From an uncultured Candidatus Rokubacteria bacterium (lineage in GTDB: Bacteria; Methylomirabilota; Methylomirabilia; Rokubacteriales; DASRDR01), in NCBI GenBank assembly GCA_963826115.1, contig CAWGVS010000012.1, positions 320,001 through 384,000 of the forward strand: a stretch of 64,000 bases of DNA, written 5' to 3'. Below the pieces are notes generated by a model. It saw nothing but the letters and a program-made list of their open reading frames with translations. It was not told the origin of the DNA and searched no databases. A program made the position numbers and the translations under genes. Positions 35,334 to 45,863 of the stretch are shown here, one piece after another. How positions within the stretch are numbered: position 1 is the stretch's first letter; each line of letters starts with the position of its first letter.

Positions 35334-36088
35334 TCAGCCGTCGCTCCGCTCGGTCTGGAGCCGAGGTCCGCCAGCTCCGCGGGCCGCACGTGAGGACGTG
35401 CGCGTGGTGGAGCAGGCGGTCGAGCAAGGCGGCGACGGCGGCGGTGTCGCCGAGGAGCTTGCCCCAGTCCTCGACGGGACGGTTCGAGGTGAGGAGCGTG
35501 CGACGCGCGTTCGTAGCGGCGCATGATGATCTCGAGGAGGTCCTCGGCGGCGGTCTGGGGCAGCTTCCGCATCCCGAGGTCGTCGATGATGAGCAGCGGC
35601 ACCGTGGTGACGTGGGTCGAGGTAGGCCTTGCGGGTGCCGTCGAGCTGGGCGTCGGCGAGCTCGTCGAGGAGGACGTGGGCCTCGCGGTAGAGGACGCGG
35701 TGGCCCTGCTGGATGACGGCGAGGCCGATCGCCTGGGCGAGGTGGCTCTTGCCGGTGCCGGGGCGGCCGAGGAAGAGCGCGTCCTCGCGCTGGGCGATGA
35801 AGCGGCCGGTGGCGAGCTCGAAGACGAGGGCCCGGTTCATCTTCTTGTTGAAGTCGAAGTCGAAGGTGTCGAGGGTCTTGCCGGCGTCGCGGAAGCCGGC
35901 GTGCTTGAGGCGGCGCTCGAGCAGCCGATCCTGGCGCTGGAGCAGCTCGTCCTGGACGAGGGTGGAGAGGAAGTCGATCGGGGCCAGCTTCTCGGCCTGG
36001 GCCTGGAGGAGCCGGGCTTCGAGCCCGGCGGCCATGCCCGGAGCAGCGGAGCTGGCGCAGGGCGCGCTGCAGTTCGACGAGCGTTCAT
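35334..36088 (-). pseudogene. istB: IS21 helper ATPase IstB (frameshifted)
   Basis: KTLDTFDFDFN, GRPGTGKSHLA, LLIIDDLG, LDRLLHHA spread over several frames. Confidence 0.87.
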
Positions 36089-37686
36089 GAGGGGACCTCC
36101 TGGGTCTTCTGCGCGATCACGGTCGCGGTAGTGGGTGAGCTCGCGGATGAGCGGATCGACCTGGCGCAGCGTGAGCGGCGCCGCGGGGCGGCGCTCGAGG
36201 TAGCGGCGGACGAAGCGGTAGGTGGCGACGCCGCACTCCAGGGCCGCCGCGCAGGCGTCGTCGACGACGGCGGGGCCGTACTTCTTGACGAGGGCGAGGA
36301 CGCCGAGGATCCGTCGGACGCCGGGCTGCGCCGTCGCGGCGGTGGATCGCGTCGCACAGCGCGCCCGACGCCGGGCGCCGGCGCGAGTGGCGCGCGGCGA
36401 GCAGCTGCGACCGTGGTCGGCGGCGTCCGCGGCGGCTGATCCGTCGCTGGGATGGCATAGCGGCCCCGGCCGCTGGCGCACGATGCTCGCGGAGCAGCTG
36501 GCCGGTGCGCGGATCGAGCAGCCGCACCTGGCGGCCGTCCCACTGGACGGCGACCTCGCGGCCGATCCAGCCGGGCGGGGCGGCGTAGTAGGCGCCGTCG
36601 ACTTCGACGCAGCCGTCGAGGTGCACCGTGCGGGTGCCGTACCGGTAGTAGCGGAAGGGCTCGACGGGCAGCGGCAGCAGGTGCGGCCGCTCCTCGGCGA
36701 ACATGGCGGCGACCTGGCGCTTGGTGGTGCCGTGGATGCGCGTGTCGGCCCAGCGGGTCTCCCAGCGATCGAGGTAGCGCCTGGGCCTCCTCCAAGCGTC
36801 TCGAAGCGCAGGCCCTTGAGCGGCGTGGCCTGGGCGTGGCCGACGGCCGACTCGACCTTGCCCTTGCGATCGGGATCGCGGACGCGACACGGCAGGGCGA
36901 CGACGCCGTAGTGCGCGAGCACGTCGCGGTAGAGCGGGTTCAGCGCCGGATCGTAGACGTCCGGCGTGAGCACGCCCTCGCGTGAGGTTGTCGAGGACGA
37001 CGACCCGGACCGCCCCGCCGAGCCGGCGGAACGCTCTCCTCGTGCAGCTCGGCCCAGCGCCGGGCGCTCGACTCGAAGGTCAGCAGCCGGACGCTCTTAC
37101 GGCTGTAGCCCAGGGTGAAGACGAACAGCCGCGTGCGGCGGTACTTCCCGGTGCGTCGGATGCCGCACCATCGGCCCCGTCGCCGTAGTCGACCTGGCCT
37201 TCCTCGCCCGGGCGCGGTCACGATGACGGGATGCGCCTCGGGGGCCGCTGAGCCGCGGAGCTTGCGCGACGAAGCGCCGCACGCTGGCGTACCGCCCGGG
37301 GAAGCCGTGGTCGATCGACGAGGTCCTGCCAGATCGCCATGGCGTTGCGGCCCCGGGCGAGGGCCGGCTCGATCAGCTCCCGGTAGGGCTCGCAGGCGCT
37401 GGCCGTCGGGCGCCCGGCTCGGCGCGGCGGGCGGCCAGGGCGGCAGCGGGTTGCCAGACTGGCCGGACGGGCCGCCGAAGTCGGTGGACACCTGACTGGC
37501 CGGATTTGGCGCCGGCGGCCGGCGCCGGACGCGGCGAGCGCGGACCGGGATCCCGGCCGCCTTCAGGTACGCACTGGCCGTCTCGCGCCGCACGCCCGTC
37601 GCCGCTTCGATGCGGCGGAGCGGCCAGCCGAGCCGGCCCAGCGCCAGGACTTGCTGCTGCTTGTCGTCGCCCAAGATGTTCGCCAT
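36085..37686 (-). pseudogene. istA: IS21 transposase IstA (multiple frameshifts)
   Basis: HTH N-terminus, LFVFTLGYSRK, PDRKGKVE, RIHGTTKRQV in different frames. Confidence 0.87.
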
Positions 37687-37858
37687 GTCGGCGGGGAGAC
37701 CACAGTCCCCTCGCCGCCGTCAACGTCTTGGGGCGCCGCTACCTCACTGGCCGGTTTTCAGGTGTCCACGACTGGCCGGTTTTGGGTGTCCACCGAGGTT
37801 TCTTTGTTTCCGAGGGCTTAGGCGGCAGTTCATAACCCTTGGACGCTCCTATCTCCAC

Positions 37859-39097
37859 TCACGCTCTCGCGGCGATGTGCTCGGCCAGATGGGTGGCGTC
37901 CTCCTCGAGGCCGTATAAGAAGGACGACTTCCGCTTGTACAGCCACTGGAGGCCAAGGAAGGAGAGGCCGGGGATCGCGGTGATACCCCGGCGGTGCGCG
38001 GGCTCGCCTCGTTCGTCGAAGATCGGCAAGTCGATCCACCGGAAGTCGGACCGGAATCCGGTCGCCCAGATGACGGCGCCGATCCCGGCCCCACGGAGAT
38101 CCAGCTCTCGAATCCCCCCTGAGGCAATCGGTGGGGACAGTTCGGGATCGCGCGGCGGCTCCTGGGGTGCATCGATCCCCGTCTTCCGGATGTACTCGTC
38201 GAAGACCTTCAGGAGACCCGTGAGCGCCTCGTCCCCGTTCGCCAGGCTCTCCTCGAGATCTGCCGCCAGGAAGAGTTTCCCGTCCCCGTAGCCCTGCAGG
38301 TGGCCGAGCAGGACGACTCCCTCGCGGGCGTACCGGCGAAGGTCGATGTCGTGGCCCCCGTTCACGCCGGTCCACAGAAGACCAGGCCTCCGCCTGGCCT
38401 CGGGAGACGGCAGACTATCGACGGTCGTCTCCATCACTGCCGGGTATCCCCAGGTCGAACTGTCACGCCCCCGATAGCGGCGCACCATCCGACGGTGGCG
38501 CCCCACGGACAGATACACGCGACGGCCGACCGCCTGGAGATCCTCAACGATCTGACAACCGGAGGTCGCGGATCCCACGACGAGGACGGAGCCGGGCGGG
38601 AGTTGGGCCGGGTTCGTATATCGGTTGGATGCAACCTGGACGACCTCGGGCGGGAATGACGCCGCGAACGGTGGGATGACCGGCTCCTGGAAGGGGCCGG
38701 TCGCGACGACGACGTTCAGGGCCTCGAGCGTGGCGTCGTCGCTTTCGACCACGAGCCGCTCCGTTCCCGGTTTCGCCCGCAGCGCCGTGACGCGCACGCC
38801 GCAGCGGAGCGGCGCCCGGATGGCCGACGCGTAGCCATTAAGGAACCGCACGACCTCGTCGCGCGTGGCGAAGGCGTCTGGATCTCCCGGGAAGGCGTGG
38901 CCCGGCATGGGCGCCGTCCAGTTTGGCGCGAGGAGCGTCAGGGAGTCCCAGCGCTCACTCCGCCAGCGCTCGGCGACGCGTCCGCGCTCCAGCACGACGT
39001 GTTCGCGGCCGAGCTGGCCAAGGTAGTAGCTCAACGCGAGCCCTGCCTGGCCCCCGCCGACTATGACGGTCTCAATGGACTCACGATGCGCGCTCAC
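37859..39097 (-). CDS. Flavin-dependent oxidoreductase (FMO-like)
   Basis: VIVGGGQAGL, RWDSL, VVVATG, VVGSATSG, IWATGF. Confidence 0.88.
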   Translation of the reverse strand: MSAHRESIETVIVGGGQAGLALSYYLGQLGREHVVLERGRVAERWRSERWDSLTLLAPNWTAPMPGHAFPGDPDAFATRDEVVRFLNGYASAIRAPLRCGVRVTALRAKPGTERLVVESDDATLEALNVVVATGPFQEPVIPPFAASFPPEVVQVASNRYTNPAQLPPGSVLVVGSATSGCQIVEDLQAVGRRVYLSVGRHRRMVRRYRGRDSSTWGYPAVMETTVDSLPSPEARRRPGLLWTGVNGGHDIDLRRYAREGVVLLGHLQGYGDGKLFLAADLEESLANGDEALTGLLKVFDEYIRKTGIDAPQEPPRDPELSPPIASGGIRELDLRGAGIGAVIWATGFRSDFRWIDLPIFDERGEPAHRRGITAIPGLSFLGLQWLYKRKSSFLYGLEEDATHLAEHIAARA

Positions 39098-39227
39098 CGG
39101 ATCTTCCGCGTCCGATCCCCCACGATAGAGGTGACTACTCCCAGTGACTCCGCAATCGGAGCACCCCGGCGCCGGTCTGGGCGTCGACGACCTTCGTGTA
39201 GGCCGCCATCGTCCTAGGTCAGCGCCT

Positions 39228-40012
39228 TCAGCCTTCGAGCACGACCTCGTCGCTGATGTGGATGTCGCCCGCGCCTTCCGCGCTAAACCAACGGCCAGCG
39301 TCGGTTTCTCCTGACCAAACGCGTGGGTCAGCGTCGTCAAGATCGACCGGTCACGCTGCCCCGTCTCTGGGTTCGCGTGCGGCGCGAGGCAGCGGCCGAT
39401 GGACGTATGCACACGGAACCGCATCGAGCCAACGCGGACCGTCTTGCCGATCCAGCCTTGCTCCTCAAACGGCTCGAGACCGTCAACCGAAACGTTGGAG
39501 CGAAATCTCAACTCGCTGAGATTTGGATCGTCCAACGCCTTGCCCAACGCCCGCACACTGGCCCGGCCGTGAATCGTGACGTAACCGTCCGGCCGGTCCT
39601 GATAGCGCGGTGTGCGTCCATCGCCGACCAAACGGAGGGGCAGGCGCTCCGGGTGGCCCTTCAGGCCGCTCTCCGGCAAGTCCTTGGCGAAGTTGGCGAC
39701 GGCACCGCAGATCCGCCCACGTCCCGCTGCGTCGAGCCCGTCTTCGATCAACCGCTCACCGTCCAGGCTGATCTCTAGCCGCTGAGTTGCCTCGTCGTAG
39801 CTGAGGCGCAGGCGGGCCAGACCGGGCGTATGCATCAACACCAGCATGCCGTGCTTGCGACTCCAGGCCTCGTCCGGCTCCGGTGTATTGGCGAAGCGAA
39901 ATCCCAGCACCCGGTCACCCGCGATCCGTCCGTCGACGACAGTCAGCGACTCGCGGCGCTCTGGTGTGAAGCCCTTAACGGGGTAGCGGTACAGCGCAGC
40001 GACGGTAGCCAT
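39228..40012 (-). CDS. MOSC-domain protein with a frameshift near 39280
   Basis: LYRYPVKG, GDR, RFRSN, RC; natural end EGAGDIHISDEVVLEG-stop is in another frame. Confidence 0.8.
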
Positions 40013-40256
40013 GCGCCGAGTCTAACCTCAGTCAAGCCGGCACGGGCGCTCCGTCTGAGCGCGCTCCGGTATCGCGTCTGCGGCACCGCCGCGCTTCCAG
40101 ATCACTCGGCCCAAGGGGTAGTCCGTCTACCGGAACTCGAGCAGGGTGCCGATCAGGTTATGGGCGCTCCAGATGGTTCTAGGCTCGACATCTCCCGCCC
40201 GGACGCCCTGCGAGATAAGGCAGATTCGGCGAGTAGTTAGCCGGCTCCGTGACGAT

Positions 40257-40290
40257 ACCCGGCTTACAGGCTCCCTCTGGCGCTTTTCTT
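40257..40290 (+). repeat. att-like direct repeat copy 2 of the rnpB 3' end
   Basis: 34/34 identity to 32697-32730. Confidence 0.9.
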
Positions 40291-40494
40291 TACTGGACGG
40301 ACCGTTACGACGCAGCGGCTTACAGGATCACAAGGGCGTACGAAAGTCCTGCACAAGCGCGTGGTACACGCCGTGGGTTCGCCACGCCCCTAGGCTCCGG
40401 CGGAGCGGTCGACAGCGCCTGGGCCGCAGCCTCCAGCGTGGGAATCGCACGTCGCATCTCCGGTTCTCGCGGGCGCCCGCGGCGCCGCGTGCAT

Positions 40495-41313
40495 CTACGG
40501 GACCGATTTCCGCCCCCAGACCTGGAGGAAGAGCGAGGAGACCACGAGCGTGCCCGGGTCGTCCAGGTGACTCCGCAGCGCGGCGGTCAGGTCGCTCAGC
40601 TCGGATTCGCTCGCGAGCCCGTCCTCGACGATTCGCGCACGCGCGTTCTCGACGAAGTCGAGGACGAGACGGCGCCGGTCGTGACCAGGCGGATAGACGT
40701 GCACCAGCGGCACCACTTCGATTTGCGTGACACCCGCCGCTCGCAACATGCGCGGCGCTCGGAGACCGAGGTTGCGGTCGATGCCCTGCCGCGCCGACGC
40801 CGACGCGAGTATCTCGACCAGCCGGTCCTGCGCCGGGTGGGGCGGATCCACGCGCTGGGTGGAGGCGACGGCCTCGTGCAAGGCCACCACCCCGCCAGGC
40901 CGGGTGAGCCGCGCCATCTCGTCGACGATCTGCTAGGGCTCCGGCACGTTCACGAGCACCAGGCGCGCCGTGGCGAGATCGAAGCTGTCGACCGGAAGAC
41001 CGGTCGCGCGGCCATCGCCGCACCACACCTCGACGTTCGCGAGTCCGTTCGCCGCGAGAAATCGGCGCGCCGAGTCGACCTGCTCCGCGTTGCGCTCGAT
41101 ACCCGTGACTCGGCCGGCCGCCCCGACGCGCTCGGCCAGTAATCCGAGACAGCCCTCGGGCCCGCAGCCGATCTCGACCACACGCCAGCCGGCCGTCACG
41201 CCGATCCGGTCGAACAGCGCCGCCGACTCGGCGGCAAGCTCCCGCGCCTGCCGCTCGAGCCGCTCCTGCTCGGCGCGCCGGTAGCCCAGGAAGTACGGAT
41301 CGGGCTCGCTCAT
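40495..41313 (-). pseudogene. Class I SAM-dependent methyltransferase with in-frame TAG at 40933-40935
   Basis: VVEIGCGPEG, FDLATARLVL; the frame continues after the stop (QIVDEMARLTRPGG). Confidence 0.8.
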
Positions 41314-41485
41314 CGAGCGTGGCCCCGGCTCAGAGCTTCCCCTCGCCCATGAGCTCGGCCGGATCGCGCAGCCCGCCCTTGCCGAGATAGCCGCCCACGC
41401 TCGCGATCGCGCTTCACGCAACCGCAGCGGCGAACTGCTCGAACAGGTCGCCCGGCAACGAGCGCTCGAGGCGCCCGGTGAAAGG

Positions 41486-41734
41486 TTACTGGTAGATGTT
41501 CAACGCCTTGAGGATGACGATCAGCACCACGGCGCCGAGAATGCTGACGACCCAGGCGCCTTTGGAACCCACCGCCACGATCCCAAGCCGTCCCGCCAGC
41601 CAGAAGCCGAGCACGGAGCCGATGATCCCGACGATGATGTTGGCGATGACGCCCATCTGGGCGCCGGTCTTCATGACGAGGCTGGCCAGCCATCCGATCA
41701 CTCCTCCGATAATCAGGGTCACGATGAGGCCCAT
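41486..41734 (-). CDS. GlsB/YeaQ/YmgE stress-response membrane protein
   Basis: IIGGVIGWLAS...NIIVGIIGS..G; GGAGGGAGG RBS. Confidence 0.92.
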   Translation of the reverse strand: MGLIVTLIIGGVIGWLASLVMKTGAQMGVIANIIVGIIGSVLGFWLAGRLGIVAVGSKGAWVVSILGAVVLIVILKALNIYQ

Positions 41735-42691
41735 AGTCCCTCCCTCCGGAGACCGGGTCGTTCGAACGAGGAGTTGACGGTCAATCCTAGCTCAATTCCG
41801 CCCGGTTGCGTGGCCCGCCCGCGCGTCAGCTCGATCAGCGCCGTCACTTCGGCCACCCCGGACATCCACACGCCGTTCGCTTCCGTTCCCGCGCACGACC
41901 TATTCCCGGAACCGTTACCGGCCCGGCGCGAGAGTGAGCGCAACGTGAGAGGCAAGCGGTTCGCCTCTCGCGTGACCAACGCGAGACTTCTCCGGCAGCC
42001 CTTGCGAGAAGCATGCGCCGGTCAGTAGGCCAGGAGGCGCAAGGCCGCGTCACACATGCGGTCCACGGCCTGTCGCCGTGACTCGGACTTTCACGACCGC
42101 GAGCCGCGGGCCGATCAATCGAGCATCCATGGGAGCCGCAGGACGGCGCTGGATCCGTGGCGTAGGCATGGAATCGGTGCGGAAGGCCATCGGGCACGTT
42201 GGCCGCCGAGCTGAGGAGGGCCAGCGCATCTCTCACCCCACGGGATAGCTCCTCCTCGAAGCTCCGGGGCCCGTGCCCCTCACGTCCGATCCCCTCAGCT
42301 CCACTAACCTAGGCAACGGCACAGCCGGACCGACTGCAAGGTCGCCTGCCGTGTTGCCCTTTGATCTGGATCCCCTCCGAGAGGAACCGCCCGAAGGGGC
42401 CAGTCTGCATCTCGCGGGCACGCCTCCCTTTTGTCGACCCCTATCGCCGGGCCGTTGGGCGGGGTAGCGTCGGTGTCATACGGTGGTGGCTCGCGGAGCG
42501 CCACCCGGAACGGGAACCGGGGGCTGGAGGGTGTGTTTCTATTTCCTGGATCCTCCGCGGAGGTCCGTTCGAATGAGACCATCATGGGTACGAGGCCGCC
42601 CAGCGTCTCGGTCGCAACGACCGCCCCGCATGACACACGGCCCGGCGACACGGTCCTGGCAGGTGCGTCGACATTGGGCGTTGCTGGAGGC

Positions 42692-44110
42692 ATGAACGCA
42701 CCGAGGCGGTGGATCTCGGCCCGGGCCGGCCCTCTCACCATGGCCGGGCTCCTCCTCCTGTTCACGATCGCATGCGGTCGCTGGATGATCGTCCTCCACG
42801 AGACAGGGCACGCGGAGACGAACCATGACATCGCGTCGATCAGTCAGGCCGTCTGGAACACGTCCCAGGGCCGGCTCGGCCACGCGACCATCCTCTACGA
42901 GGGCGTCCGGGATCACCTGGAACCCGTACTCCTCGTCTACGCCCTGAACTACACGGTCGGCGGCACGGTCCACACGCTGCTCTACCTCCACGCGCTAGCG
43001 ATTGGCCTCGGCTCACTGCCGTTTTATGCATTCGGCCGCCAGCGCGGCGTCTCCGCAATGGACGCGACGCTCATGGCGACGGGTTACTTGCTCCTGCCCC
43101 CCCTGCATCGACTCATCGAGAAGGACTACTTGCGCACAGACGTGCTGCTCTTCCCGGTACTGGCGCTCCTGGCCTACGCGGTCACCGTGCGGCGCGCCCG
43201 CCTCGCGCTTGCCGCGGCCGCGCTGGCGCTATGTGTGCGGGAGTCTGGGGCGCTGGCGGTCGTAGGTCTCGGACTCCACCGGCTCTGGGTCGAACGGCGC
43301 GTCCCGTCTGGCCTGACGCTGATCGCGGTGGGCGCCCTCTGGATTCCGCTCGTGAACTACGTACTGCTACCGTGGCTTCTCGGTCACCCTACGCTGCACG
43401 CCGTCCAGTTGCGCTCGCCGACCTTGATCGCCGACCAGCTCGCGGCGCTCTGGAGGGAGCGGTGGCCCCTCGGGGTGCTGGCGGCGACCGTCCTGCTACT
43501 GCTCCGACGGCGCTGGGCGGCGCTGCTCGCCCTGGCGCCGCTGCTTGCCCTGCTCTTCTACCGGACGGTCCTCCGCTACTCCGCCACACTGTTCTCGATT
43601 GTGTGGATGAGCATCGTCGACGAGATCGCGCACTGGTCACGCCCGGGGCTGCGGCGAGCCGCACTCATCGCAGCCTCCTGCATCTTCGCGCTCGCCAACG
43701 TGGCCCTCGGCTCGTGGCGCCTCCCCTCGGAGGCAGGAATACGGGATGTCCGTCCGCTGCTTGCTCGGGTACCGCAGGCCGCCAGTGTCTGCGCCGAGTC
43801 GCGCGTGCTCGGCCACCTCTCCTTGCGAGAGCGACTCTACCAGTTCAACCGCGAGCACTACTTTCCGAAGGCGGCTCAGGCCTGCCTGGGCGCCGAGTAC
43901 TTCCTGCTGAATCGGAACGGACGAGACACGTTCTTCGCGCACCGGCTACATGAGGACCGCGCCCAGGCCTTCCGCGACGTGGAAGCTCTCGGTGTCGAAA
44001 CCGTGGCCGAGTCCGGAACCTGGGTGCTCTGGCGTCGTCGCACCCTCGAGGAGCCCCGCGCCTCAGGGGCGCCCCGGGGGACGCGGTTGGGAGGGGGCGC
44101 GGACGACTAG
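42692..44110 (+). CDS. DUF2079-like polytopic membrane protein (putative GT-C glycosyltransferase)
   Basis: D....Q..WNT.QG, DHLEP, RE motif, many TM helices; GGAGG RBS. Confidence 0.7.
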   Translation: MNAPRRWISARAGPLTMAGLLLLFTIACGRWMIVLHETGHAETNHDIASISQAVWNTSQGRLGHATILYEGVRDHLEPVLLVYALNYTVGGTVHTLLYLHALAIGLGSLPFYAFGRQRGVSAMDATLMATGYLLLPPLHRLIEKDYLRTDVLLFPVLALLAYAVTVRRARLALAAAALALCVRESGALAVVGLGLHRLWVERRVPSGLTLIAVGALWIPLVNYVLLPWLLGHPTLHAVQLRSPTLIADQLAALWRERWPLGVLAATVLLLLRRRWAALLALAPLLALLFYRTVLRYSATLFSIVWMSIVDEIAHWSRPGLRRAALIAASCIFALANVALGSWRLPSEAGIRDVRPLLARVPQAASVCAESRVLGHLSLRERLYQFNREHYFPKAAQACLGAEYFLLNRNGRDTFFAHRLHEDRAQAFRDVEALGVETVAESGTWVLWRRRTLEEPRASGAPRGTRLGGGADD

Positions 44111-44394
44111 CTCTCGCGCAGGTCGCGAATTCGCACTCCTGCCTGTTCGGTTGGCTCCCCAACACGCCGCTGGAAGTGCCAGCGAAGGCTGGGCCGCGAC
44201 TTCCCCGCCGAGCTCGAGGACGGTTTGCGGATCGTCGAGAACGCCCCGGTCGGCGTACCCTCGCGTTCGGTCGTCGACCAGGCCCTGACGGAAGACGGTG
44301 CCCGGAGGGAATCGGGCCTTATGAGGGGCCCCGAGGTCGACAAGCCCGTCGACGGACATCCAGGTCCTACACTCTTTTTCGACCGGCCGGCGAT

Positions 44395-44428
44395 ACCCGG
44401 CTTACAGGCTCCCCTGGCGCTCTTCCTT
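44395..44428 (+). repeat. att-like direct repeat copy 3 of the rnpB 3' end (degenerate)
   Basis: ACCCGGCTTACAGGCTCCC-CTGGCGCTCTTCCTT. Confidence 0.85.
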
Positions 44429-44724
44429 CGATGCCGCGTACTTCCACGGCATCGGCTTGCAGCAGCGGCGGGCAATCCCTCGTCCGCGCGCCGGCGTATG
44501 CTGGCGACGGAGGACGCGGCCCATGCGACAGACGAAGATCGTCGTCACGCGCTACGGCGGACCGGAGGTGATCACTGTCGCCGAGCAAGAATGCCCTGCG
44601 CCCATGCCTGGCGAGGTCCGGGTGAAGGTGCTGGCCGCGGGCGTGAGCTTGCCTGACGTACTGGCGCGCGAGGGCGTCCATCCGGAAACCCCGCGCGTGC
44701 CCTATACGCCCGGTTGGGACACTA

Positions 44725-45863
44725 GTGTCCCGTCACCGAAGTAGAGTTAATATAAGCCATGGCATGCTCCAGGAGGATCGCTATGGCCAATCGCGTGCGT
44801 CCCATCCGCGTGACCGAGGCCGACCGGCATGAACTGGAGCGGCTGCAGCGCGCGTCGTCGATGCGGGCGGGCGTCAGCCGTCGCGCCCGCGCGGTGCTCC
44901 TGATGGCGCACGGACTGTCCGGTGTCGAGGTCGCCACCCGGACGGGGTACACGGTGGTCCAGGTGAGCCGGCTGCGCCGGCGCTTCGCGGAGGGTGGGGT
45001 GGCCGGGTTGCACGAGCGGCCGCGGTCGGGGCGGCCCCCCACGCTCACCGCGCGACAGCGCGCCCGCGTCGTCGCCCTCACCCTGCGCGCGCCGGAGCCC
45101 GGGATGACCCACTGGACCACGCGCGACCTGGCCCGACGCACGGGGGTCTCGCACACGACCGTGCATCGGATCTGGAAGGCCCATGCGCTCCAGCCCCATC
45201 GGCTGACCACGTTCAAGTTCACGACCGATCCCCAGGCCGCGGAGAAGATCGAAGACGTCATCGGGCTGTATCTGCACCCGCCGACGAACGCGATCGTGCT
45301 GTGTCTCGATGAGAAGACGCAGATTCAGGCGTTGAGCCGCACGCAGCCGCTGCTCCCCCTGCGGCCGGGGCTGCCGGCCCGGCAGACCCACGACTACCGA
45401 CGCAACGGGTTGACCAGCCTGTATGCGGCGTTGGACGTGGCCAGCGGACGGGTGCTGGGGGAATGCCGGCCCCGCCACACCGGGGCCGACTTCCTGGCCT
45501 TCCTGAAACGGGTCGCCCACCGGTACCGCGGGCGCGAGTTGCATGTCGTGATGGACAATTCCTCGACGCACTCGACCCCGGCGGTGCAGGCGTGGCTCAC
45601 GGCGCATCCCACCGTGCACCTGCCCTTCACGCCCACGGGCGCCTCGTGGCTGAACATGATCGAGGCGTGGTTCGGGATCCTGACCCGGAAGTCGGTCCGC
45701 CGGGGCTCGTTCGACACCGTCCGCGCCCTGATCCAGCACATCGAGCAGTACATCGCGCACTGGAATGATCACCCAACGCCCTTCATCTGGACGAAGACCC
45801 CGGCCGACATCATCGCCAAGGCCGTCCGGCGCGGTCGTTAACATGACTTCGCGGACGGAACAC
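44725..45863 (+). mobile_element. IS630-family insertion sequence
   Basis: Terminal IRs gtgtcccgtcaccgaagt / acttcgcggacggaacac with flanking TA (CTAG context). Confidence 0.92.
44783..45841 (+). CDS. IS630 transposase
   Basis: RSGRPP, HWTTR, LDEKTQIQAL, MDNSSTH, SWLNMIE (DDE). Confidence 0.95.
   Translation: MANRVRPIRVTEADRHELERLQRASSMRAGVSRRARAVLLMAHGLSGVEVATRTGYTVVQVSRLRRRFAEGGVAGLHERPRSGRPPTLTARQRARVVALTLRAPEPGMTHWTTRDLARRTGVSHTTVHRIWKAHALQPHRLTTFKFTTDPQAAEKIEDVIGLYLHPPTNAIVLCLDEKTQIQALSRTQPLLPLRPGLPARQTHDYRRNGLTSLYAALDVASGRVLGECRPRHTGADFLAFLKRVAHRYRGRELHVVMDNSSTHSTPAVQAWLTAHPTVHLPFTPTGASWLNMIEAWFGILTRKSVRRGSFDTVRALIQHIEQYIAHWNDHPTPFIWTKTPADIIAKAVRRGR

Larger units (their letters stand above)
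35334..37798 (-). mobile_element. IS21-family element, degenerate
   Basis: istA and istB fragments; tandem terminal repeats at 37746-37793; far end not found. Confidence 0.88.
32731..40256. mobile_element. Putative genomic island/cassette 1 integrated at rnpB (no integrase seen)
   Basis: Bounded by 34-bp direct repeats of the rnpB 3' end; cargo codons look more AT-rich; contains an IS21 remnant. Confidence 0.7.
40291..44394. mobile_element. Putative genomic island/cassette 2 (no integrase seen)
   Basis: Lies between rnpB-end repeat copies 2 and 3. Confidence 0.62.

Noticed and set aside
40933-40935. Pyrrolysine codon
   Set aside because: Not a methylamine methyltransferase family; no pyl genes in the window
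42300-42362. Hairpin as an integron attC site
   Set aside because: Ends do not fit RYYYAAC/GTTRRRY and there is no integron integrase
40013-44394. Integrase or recombinase remnant near the att-like sites
   Set aside because: No tyrosine (R-H-R-Y) or serine recombinase motifs recognised in the listed ORFs; a profile search could still find a small relic
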